From an uncultured Chloroflexia bacterium (GTDB taxonomy: Bacteria > Chloroflexota > Limnocylindria > Limnocylindrales > CSP1-4): a DNA stretch of 64,000 nucleotides. Below, piece after piece: positions 40,698 through 50,935 of this stretch. A program made the position numbers and the translations under genes. Position 1 is the first letter of the stretch. Every line of letters begins with the position of its first letter. Under the pieces are notes generated by a model. That model was not told where the DNA came from, did not search any database, and saw only the letters and a program-made list of their open reading frames with translations. The DNA lies in assembly GCA_963734535.1 (NCBI GenBank), contig CAVTHS010000003.1, positions 342,401 to 406,400 on the forward strand. Reading direction: 5' to 3'.

Positions 40698-41526
40698 CTT
40701 CGGCCTTGCCGTTGTTCAGGACGTACCGACGCATGTTCTTGAAGATCTCCTCGACGGTCTCGGACGTCGCGTCGGCCGCGATGTGGATCTCGATGTTGAT
40801 GTGAATGCCCGGCCCAACGGCCACCGAGACGGGCGTCGCGGGAGCCTGCATGGCGCGCGGCCCTGCCACAGCGATCGGCGTCGCGGGCAGCGCCTCGACG
40901 GCCGTGGGTACGGCGTTGAGGCCCACCGGGATCGGCCCGGCCAAGTCGACACTCAGCTTGCCGTTGCCAAAGTCCCGGATGAAACCGACCGCCGTCCCGC
41001 CCTCGGTGATGAGCGCCAGGACGCTCGCCGTTCGGTCAAGCGGCACACCCATCTGATGCAGCACGTTCTTCGCGACCGTATCGGACGGGAGTGTCGCGGC
41101 GTCGTAAGCGCGCAGGAACTCCCCGACGATCTTGGGTCGGAGCAGCGCCTCACGCTTCGCCGCAATGTCGTCGCCGTCTACGGTCGGCTGGAGGATCCGC
41201 ATGCCTAGCGGTGTGATGCCGATCTCGGCGCCCTGGGCCGCGCCCGTTGTGATCCCGTATGCGGCCGACGCGCCAGTGATCGTGCGGAACGGGCCCGACG
41301 TATGCGTCATGCCCATGGCGCCGGCGACATTCACTGGCTTCGTCGGCCTGAACGCATACTCGTCGGCGATCGCATGTGCGACTCGCAGCGCTGCGTCGAT
41401 CGACATGCTGGGCACGTCTTCCTGGAACAGTCGCGGCCTCGCAGCCTTAGCGGCCGCTACTCCGCCGGCCGGCGCCGCTGCGGGAACTGCCACGGCGGGC
41501 GCAGCCGCCGTATTCCGAGTAGCCAT
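40675..41526 (-). CDS. DUF5343-like winged-helix protein
   Basis: VA.AMGM...SG.FR....AS..YG, ITPLG.RI..P, and C-terminal IHINIEIHIAADAT.E.VEEIFKNMRRY; GGAGG RBS. Confidence 0.65.
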   Translation of the reverse strand: MATRNTAAAPAVAVPAAAPAGGVAAAKAARPRLFQEDVPSMSIDAALRVAHAIADEYAFRPTKPVNVAGAMGMTHTSGPFRTITGASAAYGITTGAAQGAEIGITPLGMRILQPTVDGDDIAAKREALLRPKIVGEFLRAYDAATLPSDTVAKNVLHQMGVPLDRTASVLALITEGGTAVGFIRDFGNGKLSVDLAGPIPVGLNAVPTAVEALPATPIAVAGPRAMQAPATPVSVAVGPGIHINIEIHIAADATSETVEEIFKNMRRYVLNNGKAEDGQTDTE

Positions 41527-42120
41527 CACCGCCACCTCCGAGACAAGTTCGTTCCTCGTCGCTCAAGGCGGCCGGTGCTTCGACATCCGTGATTGTAGCC
41601 GACCGCAAGGCACAGTGCCGCCTTCCTCTGTGAGGAACGTCATGCTTCTTCGCCGATCGGTGTTGGCAGGGTGAGGCATTGCTGTGGACAATCGGCACCC
41701 GATAGTGCAAGCCCCAGGAGGCTGTCGGCCGACGAGCGCGAGGCTCGTCATTCCGAGGCTCGGAAACGGCCGGATTGAGCCCATAGCCGCGTTCGAGCCG
41801 CACACTCGGCCGACACGGCGCAGGGAACCACCCGGGTTGACGGCAGCGAGGTCAGTGATCGGCGGCCGCAGGGTCCGCCCGGCCTAACCTCGAACCGAGG
41901 TGCCAAGCCGACGGTGCCTCAGGCCGACAGGCTGGCGAAGAATTACACGGACGCGAAGATGGGACGCCCGGGCGCGCGTTGTCGGATCAATGAAGAGCCA
42001 GCCTTGTCGATCCGCTCTACCGCGGTCGCCCGGAGACCGACCTCGGGATGCCGGGTCCGAGCCGGCCGACGCCGTCGCGGGTGTTGCAGGACATGGACCA
42101 GTCCCCACCCTAATGCCGCA

Positions 42121-42679
42121 TCAAACACGCATGGCCTCGTCGCGCGCTTCTCGTACAAGAGAGAACAGCTCGATCAGGCGCGCGACGGAGTAGTACGCGT
42201 TGATACCGCTCGGGTTCGGCAGTAGCCAGAGTTGGCTTGCCCCCAATCCGACGGGCTGTCTGCCTTTCTGAGCGCGCGGTTGGTCAAAGGCGCGGCGGAA
42301 TGCCCCGATACCGAGAACCGCCACCACAATCGGCCGCCAGAGGGCGACGGTCGACCTGAGCTTGACCGCGCCATCGCGGAGCTCGCCAATCTGCACTTCC
42401 GCGGCCGTTCGCGTGGCGCGGTTGACGAGGTTGGTGATGCCAATGCCACATGCGACCAGCTCTGCGGTCTCGTCTGGCTCGAGAAGGCGCTCCGTAAGAC
42501 CTGCCCCGTGCATCGCTGGCCAAAGCCGGTTGCCTGGCGTTGCAAAGTGGTACCCAGTGGCACCCGAGGACAAGCTCGGGTTGATTCCCGACCAGCAGGA
42601 GCCCCACATTCGTCGCAATAAGGTCGGGCACACTTCGGTCTTGCCCGAGCTCCTCTTCGGCCCGTGAGAGTCGCCTCAT
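42121..42679 (-). CDS. mug: G/U mismatch-specific uracil-DNA glycosylase (Mug), frameshift near 42585
   Basis: VPDL...LLLVG | GINP..S...G.HFA.PGNR.W, GITNLV.R.T, LPNPSG.NA. Confidence 0.82.
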
Positions 42680-42738
42680 GTCGGTGCGCTCATGAATTGT
42701 CCAAGCTTGGGCGAAGGGTGACCGACATCGGAGCGTTC

Positions 42739-45566
42739 CTACCGTGTGCCCGCGCGGACGAGGTTGAGGGCGAGGAGGCGCTCGAGGATCTCGGTGTCGG
42801 TGAGGTTGGCGGGCCAGCCGTAGGCGGCGAAGACGGCGGCGTCGAGGTCGGCGTGGGCGTTGGCGAGCCAGGTGGGGCGCTGGTTGTAGAGGTTGGTGAG
42901 GGTGCGCTTCGCGAGGTCGGCGGGGTCGAGGCCGGGCGGGTTGAGCCAGCCGTCGCGGAGCTCGACGAGGCGGCGGGCGGCCTCCCCTACTCTCTCGCGC
43001 TGTTCGGGCGTCGGGTCCGGGAACGGGAAGGTCTCGAAGCAGGTGGTGGGCGTGTAGCGGAACCCGACTCGACCTCGCGAATCTGGCTGCCGAGTGGCTC
43101 GCGCCCAGAGCTCGTGAACGCGCGAGTGCAGGACGCCGAAGGTGTAGTCGTCGTCACGGGCGAACGACGATGAGTCGTGTCTGGCAGCGTTCCGGCGGGA
43201 GCCACACGAAGAGCCGGTGCTTCGAGACCGCGGATCGTGGCGATGTAGCGGCGTGAGTCCGCCAGGGCCGCTCGCATGCTCCGGCCGCGCGTTCGTGGTG
43301 AACCACCAGCGTGCGCGACAGCAGGCTCGGCATTGACCGTCGATGCGATACGGACGGACGTGCCGCCGCACGTATTCGAACGGAGCCTCGTACAGGGCTG
43401 CCTCGCGCTCCGACATGTCGAGTCCGAAGTCGATGATCCACATGTCGCGGGACCGGCCCGTCGACGTCGAGGCCGTTGATCCACGGCCGCACCACGTCCG
43501 AGTTCGAGCGGCCGTCCGGGTTCGGACGAGTCGAGCAGCAGTGCTGCGCGGTCGTCCGCGTCGATCTCGAAGGGGCCGCCCTTGTGTCGCCCATGAAGGC
43601 GACGCCGCAGGTTCTCGCGGCAGTCGGCGAGCTGCGGTCAGGTCGATGCCGGTGGTCAGGTTCGCGTTGATGCGAGCGACGGGCTGGCCGTCGAGTTCGC
43701 GCTCGTGCTCGCGACCCGTCGTCCTGGCCGACGAAGCTGATGTGGACGCCGCGCCGGAGAGGATCCATGGATCGTCTGACCGGGCGAAGAAGATGCCGCC
43801 CGATCTCGTTGATCCGCTCGAGGACCCGACGGTTCGCTGCCGCCGCGGATGCCCTGCGTCGCCAGCAGGCCGGCGCGGCGTGTCGCGGCCGCGCTCGATC
43901 GCGGCGCGCGCCTTCTCGTGCCAGTAGCAGCAGAGGTCGACGTGTCGCGGCAGGCGGCCGTCGAAGACGGACCAACAGGGTCTCGACGTACGTGTCGCCG
44001 AGGCCTCGCCGCAGGAGTCGACTTGCCGCCCAGGAACGGCGGATTCCCGACGATGAACTCCGCCTCCGGCCACTCGGCCTCGCGCGGGTTCGCCGGGTCG
44101 GACAGGTCGAGCAGCGCGTCGCGGGTCTCGATGTGGTGGAGCGACTTCAGGATCGGGTCGCGGCGGTAGCCCAGGCCGTGGCGGATCATCCACTGGATCT
44201 CGCGATCAGATGGTATCCACTGGATCTCGCCGATCCAGATGGTCACCCGGGCGAGCTCGGCGGCGTAGGCGTTGATCTCGATGCCCAGGACCGCCTCGGG
44301 GCCGATCTGGGGGATCTGCATCGAGCGCCGGAGGACCTCCGAGCCCCAGTGGATCGCCTCGAACTCGAGGTCCTTGAGCGCCCACAGCGAGACGATCAGG
44401 AAGTTGCCGGAGCCGCAGGCGGGGTCGAGCACGCGGACGCGCCGCAGGCGCTCGAGGAAGTCGTCGAAGACGGCCTCCGGGTTGTCCGCGCGCGGCGTCG
44501 ACTTCGTGACCTTGCGGCCGGAGAGGAGCAGCTCCGTCACGCGAACCTGCATGGCCGCGTACTCGCGGCGGAGCGGGCGCAGGATCACCGGCTCCACCAG
44601 GCCCCAGATCGCCGCGCGGTCGGTGTAGTGGGCGCCGAGCTGGGCGCGCTGGTCGGGGTCCAGGCCGCGCTCGAACAGGGTGCCGAAGATCGCGGGCTCG
44701 ATGAGCGCCCAGTTGAGCTGGCCGATCTCCAGGAGCGTCGTGATCTCGGAGCCGGTGAGCGGCAGGACGTCGCCGGACTCGAACAGGCCGCCGTTGAACC
44801 AGTCGATCTCCTCGGTGCCGAACAGCCCGCCGTCCTTGCTCATCTTCGCGAACAGGTCCGCGAGGGCCGTCATGAAGACGTCCGAGCGGCCGTGGGAGGC
44901 GTGCGACAGGCGCGAGAAGATGCCCTTCGGGAGCAGCCCGGCGTCCTCGGCGAACAGGCAGAACAGGATCCGGTCCAGGAAGTGGGCCACCCGCTGGGGA
45001 TCGTGGCCGCGCGAGCGGAGGCTCTGGGCGATCTCCGCGAAATGGCGCGCCGCCTGCTCGGTGATCTGGGCCGGCTCGATCCCCGGACGGAGCTCCTCGG
45101 GCGCCGTGAAGGTGTCCCGCAGCAGCTGGAGGGCGTTGGAGGGATCGTCGGCCGCCAGGTCGTCGAGCGTGACCAGCTTCACGATCGGGCTCAGGCCGGT
45201 GAAGTTGGTGTGGATCTCGATCCGATCGAGGTCGCTGACCACCAGGAGCGGCGGGTTGCCCAGGTCGTCCTTGTAGCCCATCAGCTGGACGTAGGCGGCC
45301 CGCAGGTCCTTGTTCCTGCCCTTGTACTCCCAGGCGAAGAAGTCGCGCTTCCAGACGTCGGCGAAGCCGTCCCCGCCGGCGGCCTTGCCGACCCGCTTCT
45401 CGAACGCGAACTGGGCGCCGATCGGGTCCGCCTCGTGCGGCGTCGGCTCGCCGAGCATCCGGCACAGGTCGATGAAGTGTTCCTGGGCGGAGGCCTTCTC
45501 GGTGGTCGTGACGCCGTGCCACTTCGCCGCGAACGCCGCGGGCGTCAGGCTCGGCTGGGTCGTCAC
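42739..45566 (-). pseudogene. MmeI-like (type IIL/IIG) restriction-modification enzyme; 3' third heavily frameshifted (decay or read errors)
   Basis: GFADVW..WEYKG nuclease motif, LGAHYT, VLDPACGSGNFL, GNPPF, TRD segments (FGVLHSRVHELWA, RYTP.TCFETFPFP, RTLTNLYN); many shifts at 43050-44200. Confidence 0.85.
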
Positions 45567-45719
45567 GCTCCGGTGCCTCCCCTCCCCCGCCGGTCAGGTT
45601 GCGGTGGGCTCATGGCCGAGTGTACGGGACGGGAGGGCGCGCGGTCGGCCAGATAGGGCCGACGTGAGCGGCGCATCCGATATCGGCAACCCCCGCCGGT
45701 CCCTCGATCGAGGCGCCAC

Positions 45720-45968
45720 ATGCCCGTCGTCCACCGGTTCGGGCCGTACGTGTTCCGCATCCATTCGAACGAGAACCGCCAGGCGAATGAGCCTCGCCAC
45801 GTTCACATCGTGTCGGGCCCCGGCTCGGCGGTCTTCTGGCTCGACCCGGTCAGGCTCCGTGCGGCCCAGGGATACAATCCGGTCGAAGTGAGCCGGCTGC
45901 GGCGGATCGTCGAGGCTCGTCGCAGGGTGCTGGTGAGGAAATGGGATGACTTCTTCCGCGATTCATGA
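45720..45968 (+). CDS. DUF4160 family protein (TA-like pair)
   Basis: MP.V.R.G.Y.F...SNE...EPRHVHI...A.FWL. Confidence 0.82.
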   Translation: MPVVHRFGPYVFRIHSNENRQANEPRHVHIVSGPGSAVFWLDPVRLRAAQGYNPVEVSRLRRIVEARRRVLVRKWDDFFRDS

Positions 45969-46206
45969 GCCCGACAAGCGCCCGCGGGCCGTGGGGGCAG
46001 CCATCGAGGATCTGGCACTGCGCGTGAACCTGGCCGATGGCCGAGAACTTCGGGTGCCCCTCGGCTGGTTTCCCTGGCTCGAGGCAGCCGACGATCGCGA
46101 TCGCGAGGTCATCTCCATCGACGAGGGCGGCTTGTCCTTGTGGTGGGACCGGCTTGACGACGGTCTCTCGGTGCCCCGCCTGCTCGGTCTCCCGGAGTGG
46201 CCCTGA
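45946..46206 (+). CDS. DUF2442 family protein (TA-like pair)
   Basis: L.V.LADGR.L.VPL.WFP.L..A, L.W..LD..LSV..LL. Confidence 0.85.
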   Translation: MTSSAIHEPDKRPRAVGAAIEDLALRVNLADGRELRVPLGWFPWLEAADDRDREVISIDEGGLSLWWDRLDDGLSVPRLLGLPEWP

Positions 46207-46249
46207 CGGGCGACGCCATGCCGGCGCGGGCGGTCCGGACAGTGCCCCC

Positions 46250-46340
46250 TCACACCGATCGAAGCGCCTCGGTGGGCGAGATCCGCGCCGCCCGGATCGC
46301 CGGATAGAGCCCGGCGATCGCGCCGATCACGAGCACTCGT
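46250..46340 (-). pseudogene. 3' remnant of a FtsX/MacB-type ABC permease
   Basis: IGAIAGLYPAIRAARISPTEALRSV* is the typical C-terminus; the rest of the gene is absent. Confidence 0.7.
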
Positions 46341-46445
46341 AGCCCTGGTCCCTGGAAGCCGTTTGAATCCCCGGCGCCGGGGCGCACCGACGCAGGCGGC
46401 TTGGTCGACGTGCCGCTGACGGGACTCGCAGAACCGGTTGTGCGG

Positions 46446-46793
46446 TCAGCCGCGGCCCAGGACGATGTCGAGGCCAGACAGGACGAGGTCGAGCTTCGCT
46501 CGTGAGAGCTTGCCAACGCGCTCAGTCAGGACGGTCCTGTCGAGGGTGATCACCTGGGACACGTTTGCCACGGATTCGCGGGGCAGGCCGGTCGACCGGG
46601 CAGGCAGGCGCACGTTTCCAGGCGCGTCCCCCCAACGCAGGTTGCTCGTCAGCGGGACCGACACGACCGTTCGGATCGCGCTCCGATTGAAGGCGTCGCC
46701 CTGGACCACCACGATTGGCCGGCGAAACCCGGGCTCCGATCCCGCCGGCGCGGCAAGGTCGGCCCACCACACCTCTCCCTGCGAGATCACCAT
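46446..46793 (-). CDS. MazF/PemK toxin
   Basis: QGEVWWADL....GSEPG.RRP.VVVQ.D.FN, VPLTSN, S.ANVSQ..TLD. Confidence 0.92.
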   Translation of the reverse strand: MVISQGEVWWADLAAPAGSEPGFRRPIVVVQGDAFNRSAIRTVVSVPLTSNLRWGDAPGNVRLPARSTGLPRESVANVSQVITLDRTVLTERVGKLSRAKLDLVLSGLDIVLGRG

Positions 46794-47023
46794 TCCGTGC
46801 CGTCCAGGATGCGGCTCCCGGCCTCGATGACCATGGGGTCGATCGAGCTGCCGACGGACTCGAGGACGCGATCAAGCGCGTCGGTGACCTCGTCGGGCGC
46901 GTGGCGGGCGACATATTCGCGCAGCGCCGCGCTGTACACGTCGCTGCGCGAGCGGCGCTCCCTCTGGGCGAGCCGCTCGGCGCTCGCAAAGACCTCGTCC
47001 GGAACCGACACCGCCGTCTTCAT
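46787..47023 (-). CDS. RHH antitoxin (MazE-like)
   Basis: MKTAVSVPDEVF..AE.LA.....SRS..Y..AL.EY; overlaps toxin start. Confidence 0.88.
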   Translation of the reverse strand: MKTAVSVPDEVFASAERLAQRERRSRSDVYSAALREYVARHAPDEVTDALDRVLESVGSSIDPMVIEAGSRILDGTEW

Positions 47024-47100
47024 ACCGTGAGTATAACCAAGGGCGAGATCGATGTCAGCGTGGCCGCCGGGCACCGGCCACACGGGAGTACCGTGCGCGC

Positions 47101-47916
47101 ATGAACCCGTGGCTGGTCAAGCACGACGGCGTCTGCTCGAGATGCGGCTCGCGTCTCCTCCGTGGATCCCCCGCCGTCTGGGATCGGGCGACGAGGTCGA
47201 TGCATTGCATCGAGTGCCCCGCCGCGCCGGCCCCGCCGGGCTCGCCCGATCCGCCAGCGGAGGACGCGGGTCACGCAGGGGGTTCCGCCCGTCGCGAACA
47301 CCAGCGGTTGGTGGACAAGCGCGACGCCGCGATCGACGAGCGCTGGGGGCCGCGTTTCGGCAGGGTTGTGCGCGCCGTGACGCGGGAGCCCCAGTCCACG
47401 CGGGCTTGGGCGATCGGTGCCGGGGGCGAGGAGAAGCTGGCCGCTTCGTTCGCAGGTGTTGAAGGTCTGCGGACGCTGCACGACCGCGGGGAGCGCGGCA
47501 CACGCCGGAATATCGATCACATCGTCGTAAGCGCCGCCGGCATCTTCGTCGTCGATGCCAAGCACTACCGGGGCCGGATCGAGACTCGGAACCGCGGCTG
47601 GTTCTTCCGGACGGACCTCCGACTCTACGTGGGGGGCCGCGACCAGTCGCAGCTCGCGCGCCATATGGCGTGGCAGGTGGAGGCGGTGGCAGCCGCGCTC
47701 AATGCCGCGGGCGTGGATCCGCTCCCGCCGATCACGCCGGTTCTGTGTTTCGTCGATGGAGAGTGGCCGTTGGTTCGGGCCCCGGACGAGTTCGAGGGTG
47801 TCCGCCTCGAAAGCGAGCGGACGATCCTGAAGCTCGTCTCTCGTTCGCATGATCTCGATGCGGCCGCGATCGAACGCCTGACCGCGATCCTCGGCGCGGC
47901 GTTGCCGCCCAGGTAG
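47101..47916 (+). CDS. NERD-domain nuclease with N-terminal Zn-ribbon
   Basis: CSRC...CIEC; W..GA.GE; LHDR.....NIDHIVV...GIFVVDAKHY.G. Confidence 0.85.
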   Translation: MNPWLVKHDGVCSRCGSRLLRGSPAVWDRATRSMHCIECPAAPAPPGSPDPPAEDAGHAGGSARREHQRLVDKRDAAIDERWGPRFGRVVRAVTREPQSTRAWAIGAGGEEKLAASFAGVEGLRTLHDRGERGTRRNIDHIVVSAAGIFVVDAKHYRGRIETRNRGWFFRTDLRLYVGGRDQSQLARHMAWQVEAVAAALNAAGVDPLPPITPVLCFVDGEWPLVRAPDEFEGVRLESERTILKLVSRSHDLDAAAIERLTAILGAALPPR

Positions 47917-48021
47917 GAGCCGAAACGCGCTCTCTTCCGGACGAAGCCCGCCGCGGTCGGTGAGCACGTAGTGCCCAGCGGTCCGCAACGGGCTCCGCAC
48001 AGCAGGCGGGACGGCGAGCCG

Positions 48022-50388
48022 TCAGGCCTCGAATGTCCCTTCGGGGCTCCGGACCGGGGCCGGCAGGTGCCAGCCGTGCGGTCGATCCACCGACGGGTGA
48101 CTGGCGGCCGGCGGCTCATCCACGCCCGACTCGATCGTGACCCGCGGCAGCCAGCCCAGGAACCGGGGCAGGTACCAGTTCCAGTCGCCCAGCAGGCGCA
48201 TGACCGCCGGCAGCAGGATGCTCCGGATCACGGTCGCGTCGACGAAGACGGCCACGGCGAGGCCAAGCCCCAGCTGCTGGATCATCGTGAACTTCATGGT
48301 CACGAAGACCGAGAAGACGACGACCATGATCGCGGCAGCGCTCGTGATGGTCCCGGCGGTGACCGAGATCCCGTGGGCCACGGCGCTCTTCGAGTCGAGG
48401 CCGCGGTCTCGGGCTTCCTTGATCCGGGTCAGGATGAAGAAGTGGTAGTCCATCGAGAGGCCGTACACGATGGTGAACACGAACAGGGGCACGAAGCTCT
48501 GGATGACCGGTCCCGGCGTGATGCCCATCGTCCCGGCGAACACGCCGTCCTGGAAGACCAGCGTCAGGATCCCGTAGGCCGCCGCCGTCGAGAGCAGGTT
48601 CAGCGCGATCGCCGTGGTCGGGATGACGATCGAGCGGAAGGCGACCAGCAGGAGCAGGAACGAGAGCCCCAGGACGAAGAGGAGCACCAGCGGAGTTCCG
48701 TCGGTGAAGATGCGCGTGCCGTCCAGCACGTACGCCGCGTCACCCGTGACGTACGCCCTGGCCCCGGGCACGCCATCGAACACGGACGGGAGCACGCTGC
48801 TCCTGAAGCGTTCGACCGTGGCCTGGTTGGCCGGGTCGTTCTGGTCGCCCGGCATGACGAAGCTGACCCGGTCGACAGACCCGTCGGGTGACGCCTGGAC
48901 GGTCACGGGCTGGCCGACGCCGCCATCGCGCAGGCCGGCCGCCTTGAGCCGGTCGATGGCCGCCTGCGTGGCGGGCTCGTTCGCCGCGGTGACCACAACC
49001 CCGAGCTGGAGCGTGGTGCCCTGCGGCCATTCGGCGTTGAGCAGGTTGACCGCGGCGACGCCGTCCACGCTCGGCGGGAAGCTCGTGATGTCGAGCGAGC
49101 CCATCCGCAGGTGGCTGAACGGGCTCGCCACCATGAGCAGCCCGGTCACGGCCACGATCCCAAGCGTCGCGGGTCGGCGGACGACCACGCTGACGATCCT
49201 CGCCCAGACCCCCGAGCCCTCGGCGCGATCGCGGCCGAGGAACGGGACGCGCCCGCGATTGACGCGGTCGCCAAGGAGCGAGAGGGTCGCCGGCAGGAAC
49301 GTGAGGCTGCCGACCACGGCCACGAGCACGACGCCGATCATGGCGACGGCCATCGAGTTGAGCATGTCGACGCGGATGAGGAAGAGGCCGGCGAGCGAGA
49401 CGGCCACGGCGAGCCCGCTGAAGAAGACGGCGCGCCCGGCCGTGCCCGACGCGGTCTCGATGGCGGCCAGCTTGTCCTTGCCGGCCCGGCGCTCGCTCCG
49501 GAAGCGCGTGATCATGAACAGCGAGTAGTCCACGCCGACGGCGAGGCCGATCAGGACGACCAGCTGGCCCGTGCTCATCGCCACCGGCGCAACGAGCTGG
49601 CTGTAGATGCCCAGGATCCCGAAGCCGGCGAGCAGCGCGGTGAGCGCCAGCACGAGCGGCACGGCGGCCGCGACGGCGGCGCCGAACGCCACCAGCAGGA
49701 TCAGGAACGTGATCGGCAGCGTGATCTTGAGCGATCCGTCGAGGTCGTCGCCCACGAGCCTGTTGAGATCCTCGTTGACGAGCGTGTTGCTGAGGGAGTG
49801 CACCTCGTAGCCCGGGTGGGCGCTCGCGAGCGAGGCAAGGACGGGACGCAACGCCGCGGCCTTCTGCGTCACGGCCGGCGAATTGCCGGTGATCGCCGCG
49901 ACGATCCGGATGCTCGTCCCGTCGGCGGACATGAGACCGGCGGCCGCGGGGGCCGTGTATGGATCGATGAGCTGCGCGACCGCCGGCTGGCCGGACGCGT
50001 CGGTCACGGCACCCAGGCGCGCGATCATGTCGCCGACCGCCGCCCGGTATGCCGGGTCGGTGGTGGCGACGTCGGGGTTGCGCACCACCACGTAGAGGTC
50101 CTCGTGCGGGGCGCCCTGGCCACCGGCGGCGAAGAGCTGGTCGGCGAGCGCCGATTCCGTGCTTGGAACCCCGCCGCTCATCTCGCTGAGAGTCTTCGTG
50201 CCGCCGAGGGCCAGGCTCGTGGCGAACAGGCCGAACGTGAAGATGAACCAGGCGGCCACGACCGGCCATCGATGTCGTGCGCTCCAGCTGGCGACCCGAA
50301 CGGTCAGGGCGGCTGGTTGGCGGCTGGTATGGCGGCAGATCCGGATCCCACGTCGTTCGTTCTCCCTGTGGTCGTTGACGGTGACCAC
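48022..50388 (-). CDS. MMPL/RND family transporter
   Basis: GLAVGVDYSLF.ITRFR.ER, TAGRAVFFSG, GLSMDY.FF.L.RIKE, ITSAAAIM, DATVIR..L.PA; start uncertain. Confidence 0.93.
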   Translation of the reverse strand: MVTVNDHRENERRGIRICRHTSRQPAALTVRVASWSARHRWPVVAAWFIFTFGLFATSLALGGTKTLSEMSGGVPSTESALADQLFAAGGQGAPHEDLYVVVRNPDVATTDPAYRAAVGDMIARLGAVTDASGQPAVAQLIDPYTAPAAAGLMSADGTSIRIVAAITGNSPAVTQKAAALRPVLASLASAHPGYEVHSLSNTLVNEDLNRLVGDDLDGSLKITLPITFLILLVAFGAAVAAAVPLVLALTALLAGFGILGIYSQLVAPVAMSTGQLVVLIGLAVGVDYSLFMITRFRSERRAGKDKLAAIETASGTAGRAVFFSGLAVAVSLAGLFLIRVDMLNSMAVAMIGVVLVAVVGSLTFLPATLSLLGDRVNRGRVPFLGRDRAEGSGVWARIVSVVVRRPATLGIVAVTGLLMVASPFSHLRMGSLDITSFPPSVDGVAAVNLLNAEWPQGTTLQLGVVVTAANEPATQAAIDRLKAAGLRDGGVGQPVTVQASPDGSVDRVSFVMPGDQNDPANQATVERFRSSVLPSVFDGVPGARAYVTGDAAYVLDGTRIFTDGTPLVLLFVLGLSFLLLLVAFRSIVIPTTAIALNLLSTAAAYGILTLVFQDGVFAGTMGITPGPVIQSFVPLFVFTIVYGLSMDYHFFILTRIKEARDRGLDSKSAVAHGISVTAGTITSAAAIMVVVFSVFVTMKFTMIQQLGLGLAVAVFVDATVIRSILLPAVMRLLGDWNWYLPRFLGWLPRVTIESGVDEPPAASHPSVDRPHGWHLPAPVRSPEGTFEA

Positions 50389-50436
50389 GCTAGGAGCGCC
50401 GGCCGCGCGTCACCAGCCAGCCACCCGGCACGTTGT

Positions 50437-50473
50437 GGGTGGGGCTAGCCCCCCGACGGGGAGGGCCAGCCCC
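50437..50473. promoter_or_regulatory. Two 16-bp direct repeats upstream of MMPL (putative response-regulator sites)
   Basis: GGGTGGGGCTAGCCCC and GGGGAGGGCCAGCCCC, 21 bp apart. Confidence 0.45.
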
Positions 50474-50525
50474 GGGATGACCCCAGGGAAGGGCCGCGCC
50501 ACCTGCCGTCCGCCGCGCGGGGGGC

Positions 50526-50611
50526 GATGGACCCCACACGACGCCTCCGAGGTCGCCGCCGATGGACCCCACCCGACGCCTCCGAGGTCGCCGCCGATGG
50601 ACCCCACACGA
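50526..50611. repeat. 35-bp tandem repeat x2.5
   Basis: GATGGACCCCAC(A/C)CGACGCCTCCGAGGTCGCCGCC twice plus a partial third copy. Confidence 0.9.
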
Positions 50612-50787
50612 TCAGATGATCACCACGCGAACCGTACGGAGGCTGCACACGGCGCTGGGCGGCCGGAGGTGGGCCGCTGAGCGTGGCGCATGGGCGGTGA
50701 CTCGATCATTTGCTCCGGCAGCCGCACCGTTGAGCGCGTGCGCGATGGCTGACCCGCCATACGGCTCGCCTGGCGAGCATCTGATCG
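50609..50787. repeat. Element bounded by 34-bp imperfect inverted repeats (MITE/REP-like)
   Basis: 50609-50642 matches the reverse complement of 50754-50787 at 28/34 positions. Confidence 0.65.
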
Positions 50788-50935
50788 GTTAGTGAAGTCC
50801 AGGTGGACGAAGTTGTCCTGGGCGGAGGCCCGCATGAGCCCTGGCGAAACGTCCTTCCCTATCCTGCTGACGCCGGCCAGCGTCGAAGGCGGAAGAGGAG
50901 TGGACATGCATCGCGCTGACCAGTATTCTGACCAT

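Noticed and set aside
41882-41950. Integron attC site (GCCTAAC)
   Set aside because: No complementary GTTRRRY end downstream, no preceding cassette ORF and no intI.
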